DNA of 64,000 bases, taken from the NCBI GenBank assembly GCA_947626025.1, contig CANQQQ010000002.1, positions 2,239 through 66,238 on the forward strand, in the 5' to 3' direction. This DNA is from an uncultured Clostridia bacterium. Its GTDB lineage: Bacteria; Bacillota; Clostridia; TANB77; CAG-508. This document shows positions 8,953 through 17,200 of the stretch, piece after piece. The notes below the pieces were generated by a model that saw nothing but the letters and a program-made list of their open reading frames with translations, searched no databases and was not told where the DNA came from. Each line of letters opens with the position of its first letter. The first letter of the stretch is position 1. The translations under genes and the position numbers were made by a program.

Positions 8953-9864
8953 TTAGTTCATTTGGACTTTTCCAATTATATCTGATAAATTTTCAATGTT
9001 GTGCTTCTTCATGTATTTTTCTACTCCTTCAATTGCTTTTATTGAAGTATCTGGTGCAATGAAGTTTCCTGTTCCTATTGATACTGCTGTTGCTCCTGCC
9101 AACATGAATTCTATTACATCATCTCCAGTTACAATTCCTCCTAGTCCTAATATAGGAATTTTAACTGCTTGTGCTACTTGATATACCATTCTTACTGCTA
9201 CTGGCTTAATGGCTGGTCCTGATAGTCCACCTGTGTTATTCGCTAATACAGGTCTTTGCTTGTCTATATCTATTTTCATCGCTAATAATGTATTAATTAA
9301 TGATACTCCATCTGCTCCTGCATCTTCTGCTCCTTTTGCAGGCTGAGTTATGTCTGTTACATTTGGAGTAAGTTTTACAATTAATGGTTTACTAGTTAAT
9401 GCTTTTCTTACTTGTGTTGTAACCTCTTTTACACCTTCATATGAGGTTCCAAATGCCATACATCCTGCTTTTACATTTGGACATGATAGATTTAATTCTA
9501 CTGCATCAATGTCTAATGTATTTAATATTTTTGAAAGTTCTACATATTCATCTATTGAATTACCGCAGGCATTTACTATTATATTTGTATCGAATTTTCT
9601 AAGCCATGGTAAATCATAATTCATAAAGTATTCTACTCCAGGATTTTGAAGTCCTATTGCATTTAGCATTCCACTAGCTGTTTCACATACTCTTGGTGGT
9701 TTATTTCCGTCTTTTAATTTTAATGAAGTACCTTTTGTAACTATTCCTCCTAATTTATTTAAATCTATATATTCTGCAAATTCTCTTCCATATCCAAATG
9801 TACCTGATGCTACTGTAATTGGATTTTTCATTTTCATTCCTGCTAAATTTACTTCTAAATTCAT
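8953..9864 (-). CDS. pyrD: Dihydroorotate dehydrogenase, catalytic subunit (class 1B).
   Basis: 303 aa beginning NPITVASGTFGYG, showing the typical PyrD family signature. It is adjacent to pyrK. Confidence 0.9.
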   Translation of the reverse strand: MNLEVNLAGMKMKNPITVASGTFGYGREFAEYIDLNKLGGIVTKGTSLKLKDGNKPPRVCETASGMLNAIGLQNPGVEYFMNYDLPWLRKFDTNIIVNACGNSIDEYVELSKILNTLDIDAVELNLSCPNVKAGCMAFGTSYEGVKEVTTQVRKALTSKPLIVKLTPNVTDITQPAKGAEDAGADGVSLINTLLAMKIDIDKQRPVLANNTGGLSGPAIKPVAVRMVYQVAQAVKIPILGLGGIVTGDDVIEFMLAGATAVSIGTGNFIAPDTSIKAIEGVEKYMKKHNIENLSDIIGKVQMN

Positions 9865-9936
9865 TTCTATCTCCTTCCATATTTTACAATTAAATACGTC
9901 TTTGATAAATGTGTATAAATCAGTATCTTTATTCTA

Positions 9937-10722
9937 TTATATTTCAACTTCTGTGGCGTTGAATACTGGCCCATTTTTACATACGTGTTTATAGTTTACG
10001 TTATCATTTCCTACATATTTTACTGCACAGCCTAGGCATACACCAATTCCACATGCCATTCTTTCTTCTAATGATATTTGACATGGTATATTTTCTTCTT
10101 TTGCAAAAGCTTGAACTGCTTTTAACATTGGAAGAGGTCCACATGCATATATGCAGTCTGGTTTATTCTGCTTTGCGTCTTCTTTTAAGAAGTTTATTGC
10201 AAATCCTTTTTTTGCATAAGATCCATCATCTGTAGTAAGTATTAGTTCATCACATACTTTTTTAAATTCGTCTTCTAGCATAACAAGATCTTTATTTCTA
10301 AATCCTATATATATACTAGAATTAACTCCTGCATTTTTTGCTCTTTTTGATAGTTCATACAATGGGAATATTCCTATTCCTCCTCCTATTATCGCTATAT
10401 TTTTATAACCATCAAACTTGAATGTTCCATATCCTAAAGGCCCCATTATATCTAATAGTTCCCCTTCTCTTCTTTTTGATAATAATTCTGTGCCATTTCC
10501 TTTTATTTGGAAAATAAATTCTACTTCATCTTTGTCTTTATCTACATTATAGATACTTATTGGTCTTCTTAATAAAGGCTCTATGTTGTCAACTACTCTT
10601 ATTTCTAAGAATTGTCCTGGTTTTGCTGATTTTGCAATCTCTGGTGCTAATATTGTCATCTTACAAATGTCATCTTTTAGAAATTCTTTTTTTACTAATT
10701 TACATTTTACGTTGAATGGCAT
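9937..10722 (-). CDS. pyrK: Dihydroorotate dehydrogenase electron-transfer subunit.
   Basis: 261 aa with an FAD/NAD-binding fold and a C-terminal 2Fe-2S cysteine cluster (CGIGVCLGC). Confidence 0.9.
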   Translation of the reverse strand: MPFNVKCKLVKKEFLKDDICKMTILAPEIAKSAKPGQFLEIRVVDNIEPLLRRPISIYNVDKDKDEVEFIFQIKGNGTELLSKRREGELLDIMGPLGYGTFKFDGYKNIAIIGGGIGIFPLYELSKRAKNAGVNSSIYIGFRNKDLVMLEDEFKKVCDELILTTDDGSYAKKGFAINFLKEDAKQNKPDCIYACGPLPMLKAVQAFAKEENIPCQISLEERMACGIGVCLGCAVKYVGNDNVNYKHVCKNGPVFNATEVEI

Positions 10723-10740
10723 TGTCTTTCCTCCTTATAT

Positions 10741-11679
10741 TTATTTTGCTATATTTTTTATAGCTGAATTTAATTCATCTCTCATTCTAATTGCTTCTGC
10801 TCTTGTTGCTTCAGCATATTGCTCTTCTTTGTACTTATCTTTCCATGTTTCTGATTTATAAGCACACATTAGGCTTCTTGATGCATTTATTATTCCTCCT
10901 AATCCGTTTTTATCAAATCCCAATGCTATGTCTTCTGCTTTTCCCCCTTGTGCCCCATATCCTGGTATTAAGAAATATGAGTGTGGCATTATTTTTCTTA
11001 ATTCCTGAAGTTGTTTTGGATATGTTGCTCCTACTACTGCAGAAATACTACTATATCCGTATTCTCCCACTAAGTCCTTGCCCCATTCATTAACTAATTT
11101 TGCTACTTTTTTATATAATTCTTCTCCATCTTCCATCTTCAAATCTTGTAATTCTCCTGAAGATTTGTTAGATGTTTTTACTAATACAAAGATTCCTTTT
11201 CCATATTTCGCACAATCATCTACAAAAGGTTTTATTCCATCTGTTCCTAAGTATGGATTTACTGTGACAAATTCAACGTCAAAAATACTATGGTTTATAT
11301 CTCCTATTGTTGTTCTTCCTATTGCAGCATTTGAATATGCTTGGGCTGTAGTTCCTATATCTCCTCTTTTCATATCTGCAATTACTATCATTCCTTTTGA
11401 TTTAGCATATTTACACGTTTCATCGAATGCTTTCATTCCTTCTATTCCAAACATTTCATAAAATGCGATCTGTGGCTTTACTGCTGGAATAATGTCATTT
11501 GTTGCGTCTATTAATGCTTTGTTAAATTCTAAAATTCCTTTACATGCTCCATCTAATGTTTGAGGATATTTCTTTCTTATGCATTCTGGTAACATATCAT
11601 ATCTAGGGTCTAACCCTATTACAGTAGGATTATCCATTTTCTTTACTTTATTTATTAACTCATCTATTGCATTTTTCAT
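10741..11679 (-). CDS. pyrF: Orotidine 5'-phosphate decarboxylase (long, type 2 form).
   Basis: 312 aa starting VIGLDPRYDMLPE and sitting within the pyr cluster. Confidence 0.85.
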   Translation of the reverse strand: MKNAIDELINKVKKMDNPTVIGLDPRYDMLPECIRKKYPQTLDGACKGILEFNKALIDATNDIIPAVKPQIAFYEMFGIEGMKAFDETCKYAKSKGMIVIADMKRGDIGTTAQAYSNAAIGRTTIGDINHSIFDVEFVTVNPYLGTDGIKPFVDDCAKYGKGIFVLVKTSNKSSGELQDLKMEDGEELYKKVAKLVNEWGKDLVGEYGYSSISAVVGATYPKQLQELRKIMPHSYFLIPGYGAQGGKAEDIALGFDKNGLGGIINASRSLMCAYKSETWKDKYKEEQYAEATRAEAIRMRDELNSAIKNIAK

Positions 11680-11697
11680 TTTTCATTTCCTTCCTAT

Positions 11698-12975
11698 TTA
11701 TTTGTTTTCATATACTACATTTCCAGAAACGATTGTATATTCAACTTCTCCTTTTAATTTTTTTCCTATCCAAGGACTATTCTTTGATTTTGATACTATC
11801 ATTTCTTTTGTATAAGTATATTCTTTATTTGGATCAAACACTGTTAAATCTGCTGTAAATCCTTCTTTTATTTGACCTTTATCTTTTAATCCTAAAAGTT
11901 CTGCTGGTCTATATGACATTAATCTTACCATGTCCATATAGTCTATGTATCCTGGTGCAACAACGTTTGTGATTGTTGCAGGAAGTGCTGTTTCAAATCC
12001 AATTATTCCGTTTGGTGCACTTGCTAATCCTTTTGCTTTTTCTTCTTCTGCATGTGGTGCATGGTCTGTAATTATTGCATCTATTGTTCCATCTTTCAAT
12101 CCTTTTATTATTGCAAGTTTATCTTTTTCTTCTCTTAATGGTGGATTCATTTTTGCATTAACGCCTGATTTTAGAACCTCTTCAACTGTAAAGCTATAAT
12201 AATGTGGGCATGTTTCACATGAAACATTTACTCCTCTTTTCTTTGCATCTCTTATCATGTTTACAGATGTTTCTGTGCTTATATGACATATATGTGCATG
12301 AATTTTATTGGTTTCTGCTATTACAATATCTCTTGCAGCCATTATTTCTTCTGCTTCTGGTAAAACTCCTATTACTCCTAACTGATCTGCAACTTTTCCT
12401 GCATTTATGGCTCCAGCTGATACTGATTTTTCTTCACAATGTTCTGAAGTAAAGCTTCCTAATTTATTTATTTCTAACATTGCTTCTCTTATTGTTTTTG
12501 CATTTGATACTGGGCATCCGTCATCTGAGAATGCTACGCATCCTGCATCTAACATTTCTTTAAAGTTGACTAATTCCTCTCCTTTTTCACCTTTTGTGAT
12601 ACTTGAATATGGTAATATATTACAAAGATTTACTGATTTTGCTTTATCTAATATATACTTTATTGTTTCTGGATTGTCTGGTACCGGATTTGTATTAGGC
12701 ATTGGACATATTGTTGTAAATCCACCTTTTACTGCACTTTTTGCTCCAGTTTCTATTGTTTCTTTATGTTCAAATCCTGGTTCACGTAAGTGACAATGCA
12801 TATCTATCATTCCTGGCATAATATATAACCCTGTACAGTCTATAACTTTTTCTGCATTATCTTTTAATTCCTTTCCTAATTTTACAATTTTTCCATTTTC
12901 AATTAAAATATCCATTTTATCATTTAACTTACTTGCATAGTCTAAAACTGTACCATTTTTTAATAATAGTGTCAT
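11698..12975 (-). CDS. pyrC: Dihydroorotase.
   Basis: 425 aa with metal-binding DMHCHLREPG and DHAPH motifs. It is the first gene of the pyr cluster on the minus strand. Confidence 0.9.
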   Translation of the reverse strand: MTLLLKNGTVLDYASKLNDKMDILIENGKIVKLGKELKDNAEKVIDCTGLYIMPGMIDMHCHLREPGFEHKETIETGAKSAVKGGFTTICPMPNTNPVPDNPETIKYILDKAKSVNLCNILPYSSITKGEKGEELVNFKEMLDAGCVAFSDDGCPVSNAKTIREAMLEINKLGSFTSEHCEEKSVSAGAINAGKVADQLGVIGVLPEAEEIMAARDIVIAETNKIHAHICHISTETSVNMIRDAKKRGVNVSCETCPHYYSFTVEEVLKSGVNAKMNPPLREEKDKLAIIKGLKDGTIDAIITDHAPHAEEEKAKGLASAPNGIIGFETALPATITNVVAPGYIDYMDMVRLMSYRPAELLGLKDKGQIKEGFTADLTVFDPNKEYTYTKEMIVSKSKNSPWIGKKLKGEVEYTIVSGNVVYENK

Positions 12976-13261
12976 ATAAAATACCTCCTATTTTGTTTTT
13001 CCGTAATATAATATCATTTTTTTCATGTTAATTCAATAGAAATGCACAAATTATTATTTTTTTAAAAATAATTCTTCAAATAGTGTCTAATTATCATTTA
13101 TTGACTTTGATTTCACAATATTTATATACTTTTCTTTCTTAAAATAAATTTTTTATAGTTTTCTAATATTTTTCTACATTTATATACAAATTATAATTTT
13201 TTATTTGATTTATCTAAAAATTAATGCTATAATGATTAAAATTTAATTTGGAGGGAATTTT

Positions 13262-14125
13262 ATGAGTGATTTAGTATCATATTTATTTGAAACAAATGCG
13301 ATAGAAGTATGTCCTGAGAATAAGCCTTTTTTCCTTACTTCTGGAATGATTTCTCCATACTTTGTAAATACTCAATATGTATATGGAAGCAAAGAGTCTG
13401 CTTCTGATTTATTATCTTATATAGATAGTTTACTTTCTGATAGAATGAACTTACCTACATTAGTTTTTGATAGGGTCTTTACTCAATATCTATCAAATAA
13501 TATATTCAATGATGTTATTAATATTATGATTGAAGCTATAAAATCAAATGTTAATATTGATGAAATTGATTACATATCTGGTGGAGAAAGAAGAGATTGG
13601 TTTTTTTCTAATGTAATTGCTTATTTATTGAAAAAACCACACATAACAATTTTTAAAGATCATGAAACTCTTGTAAGTAATCATGATTTTTCGACTACTA
13701 AAAAAATTAGTGATTTATCTAATAAAAAAGTATTACATGTTACTGACTTAGTTACTTCAGCTTCAAGTTTTTCTCGTTTCTGGATTCCAGCTATACGCGA
13801 TTTAGGTGGAGAAATGGTTGCTACATGTTTTATTGTTGATCGTAAGCAAGGTGGAAATGAACTTCTTACAAGTGAAAATATTAAACCTATATCATTAACT
13901 TGTATTGATATTAATACTTTTAAAAAAGCTTTTGATTTAGGAATTATAAATTCCGCTTCTTTGGAATTAGTTGAAAAATTTATAGAAGATCCTTATACTT
14001 CTATGAGAAATTTCCTTCTTGAACATCCAGAGTTTATAGAGGAATCTTTGAAAGCAACTGACCCAAAGACTCCTGGTAGAATTAGAAATCTATTAGATAA
14101 TGATTTATATAATTTAAAAGGATAA
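13262..14125 (+). CDS. Divergent orotate-phosphoribosyltransferase-like protein (type I PRTase fold) with a degenerate PRPP-binding motif and a C-terminal extension.
   Basis: FFLTSGMISPYFVN resembles the PyrE FxLKSGxxSPYF motif. The PRPP loop reads VLHVTDLVTSASS where VLIVDDVITTGGT would be canonical. The protein is 287 aa, compared with about 190-220 aa for PyrE. It is transcribed divergently from the pyrC promoter region. Confidence 0.5.
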   Translation: MSDLVSYLFETNAIEVCPENKPFFLTSGMISPYFVNTQYVYGSKESASDLLSYIDSLLSDRMNLPTLVFDRVFTQYLSNNIFNDVINIMIEAIKSNVNIDEIDYISGGERRDWFFSNVIAYLLKKPHITIFKDHETLVSNHDFSTTKKISDLSNKKVLHVTDLVTSASSFSRFWIPAIRDLGGEMVATCFIVDRKQGGNELLTSENIKPISLTCIDINTFKKAFDLGIINSASLELVEKFIEDPYTSMRNFLLEHPEFIEESLKATDPKTPGRIRNLLDNDLYNLKG

Positions 14126-14163
14126 AAAATTATTTTTATTTAGGTATAAATTTCCTATTGGAT

Positions 14164-14200
14164 AAAAAATAACCGCCATTTAATGGCGGTTACTTTTTTA
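14164..14200. terminator. Bidirectional intrinsic terminator between two convergent genes.
   Basis: The stem is aaccgccatt / aatggcggtt, flanked by an A-run on one side and a T-run on the other. Confidence 0.7.
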
Positions 14201-17200
14201 ATATTCTAGTACGAATTTCTTAATTCCTGCTACTCCTGTTACTAATATTGCTATTACAATTGTTGTTAAGATAATATATTTTATTCCTGTATTTATTCCT
14301 GTTTTTATTACTAGTAAAACTGGTGCATCATCTATATCGTCTTCTCCTGTTACTTTGTTGTCTGGAGTTGAATCAATATCTGGTGTATTGCTAAAGTTTG
14401 AATCTTTGCTTATTTCTGCAACATTTACTTTTCTGCCTAAATTTTCTTCTCCATTTATCCATGTTAATATTATTTGAACTTCTGCACTTTCTCCAGGTAG
14501 CAATAATGTATCTTCTAATTGCGCTGTAGCAACTGTTCCATCTGCTCTTATATACCATTCTGGATTATCTTCTTGTCTAAATTCTAGTCCTGCTGGTATA
14601 TAATCAGTTATTTCTTTTGCATAACCTGATATTTCACCTTCGTTTGTAATCTTTATTGTATATGCAAATTTTACAGTTACTTTTTTTACATCCTTAGACT
14701 TTATTTCTACTTTTAAATCTGGTTCTGGATTTTCATATCCTGTATGACCTGATTCTGTTATTGTTGTCTCTCCATTTTCTGTTACTATTGCTCTTGTTAC
14801 CCATTTTAATAGTGATAAGTCGAAATATTGTACTTTTACATCTTCATAGTCTATATCATCTTCATGATTTTTGTCATCATATTCTTCATCTCTATTTGGA
14901 ACTGAGTCTATATCTGTATTACTATCTTCTGATATTTGTGCTACATTTACTAGTATTCTGCTTTCTTCTCCTACTTGTGTTACTTTATAGTTTACTTTAA
15001 ATGCTATTTGAACATCTCTATAAGCTGGATTTTTATCGCTTAGTTCATCGTTCTTATCAAATGCTTTTATTAAATTATCTCTTCCAGTTTCTTTTTCTTG
15101 CTCTTCTGATAAGTAATCTGTTACTAAGTATTTTGCTTTATTTACGTCTGTTGTTTCGTTATGATTTTCGTCTAACATTACCCATCTATATTCTTTATTC
15201 AATTCACTATCTACTATAAATTCTAATCCATATGGTACATCATCTGTTATTTCATTTGCATATCCATCTATTTCTCCTTCGTTGTATATTCTTATTGTAT
15301 AAATTACTGTATCGCCTGTACATACTGTTACTGGATCTTTCTTATGTGTATATTTAATTTTTCCATTATCATCTATGCTTAATTCTGGATATCTATCATT
15401 TATTTTTGTACGCATATCTGCTGAATGTACTTCTGTGATGAATTTTCTTAATGCTAAATCGAAAGTACCTATTACTTTAACTTTATCATAATCATCATCA
15501 TCTTCTTGTCCTGGTACATAAGGATTATCTTCTAATTCCTCTTTATAATGTGGTAACTCATCCTTTGATGGAATATCTAAGTTCTCATCTGGTTTTGAAT
15601 CCAAATCTTCAACTGAAGAATCTCCTTTGGTGTCTGTAAATTCTGTTATTTCTGCTATATTTGTTTGAATCTCATCTATCTTCGCTTTTTCTGATACTTT
15701 ACATCTAATTGCTACATCGATGTAATTTAATGTATCTCCTCCATCATATGCTGATAATAATTTTCCATTTTCTCTTGTTCTATATACTCCATATGTATCA
15801 GTACTTGACTTTGCTGTTATAGATGTAGATATTTCTCTTGTATTTTCATCATATTCCCAATCAAATCTTTGATTTAATTCATCATCTTCAATAAATTCTA
15901 AATATTCTGGTAAATAATCTGTTATTTTGCTTACATACGCATCCATATTTCCTTCGTTGTATACTCTTATTATGTACGTTACTAAATCTCCTCTTGTTAC
16001 AGATACTGCTTTCTTTGGATGTTTATATGTTGCTGTTCCATATCCCTGTTCTGCAATTCCTTGCTTTAATGAAGTCGTATCTACTACTGGTTCTCTTGCA
16101 TACTTTCCGTTTTCGTCTAATATTCTTTTATCTCCTACTTGCACTATGAATTTTCTTAACGCTAAATCATATTTTGGAAATACTATTATTAATTTTTCAA
16201 AGTCATCATCATCTTGATTTCCTGGTATGTAGTCCTCTACTCCAATTTTGTCATCTCGATACTCTTGCCATCCTTGTTCTGTTTCTGGTAAGTTTTGAGT
16301 TACATTATTTGGTTTTGAATCTCTATCTATACCCTCTTCTAATATTTGTGTTCCATTTTTGTCTTTCATTCCTGTTATTTCTGCTATATTTGTAATTTTA
16401 TAGTCTTCTATAATTCCAGTTTCTACTTCTGGTTCTAATACTTTACATGTTATTTGTATATCTATATAACTTAATTTATCATTTATCTCATCATAAGCTG
16501 GTATTAAAATACCCCCTCCTATAACTTCGCCAATTAAGTCTGTTAAATTATCACTTGCACCTGTTATTTTTGTTAATTTTGTTGATCTTGCTTTACTTTC
16601 AAATCTATCTACTCCTTGTTGACCATATTCTCTATACCATTCTTCACTTTCAACATAGTCTAGATATTTTGATAAGTAATCTGTTACCTCTGTTATATAT
16701 GCATTTACATTTCCTTCATTATATATTCTTAAAGTATATGTTACTTTATCACCAACACTTACTTTTACTGGTTCCTTATCATGATTATATTCTGCTGTCG
16801 TTTTTGTTCCGTTTCGTAAATTTGTAGTATCTGGGTCTGGTATTCTTTCTGATAATTCGTCTGCTGTATATACTGTTACTCCTTTTGAATCCACAACTTT
16901 GCTTATGAATTTTCTTAGAGCTAAATCAATGCTTTCTTCTATTATTCTTTCATTTTCTATTGTTATAGTTATTGTATTTGTTGCTCTATCTATATTTACT
17001 TCTCCTACTGAAGTATTTATCTTTTCTAAAGTTACATCATCTAATTCATAATTTAAATTATCATCTGACTCTTTTTTGTTTACAGTTACTTTAATAGTTC
17101 CTTCAACCTTATTATATCCTGTTGGTGCTGATTTTTCTGTTATTTCATATATATCAGCAATATCCACATTATCTTCATTTATTTGTACATTATCTCTTAT

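Noticed and set aside
12976-13261. Possible PyrR binding loop or attenuator upstream of pyrC.
   Set aside because: No UCCAGAGAGGCU-like PyrR box and no terminator/antiterminator pair are visible in the leader.
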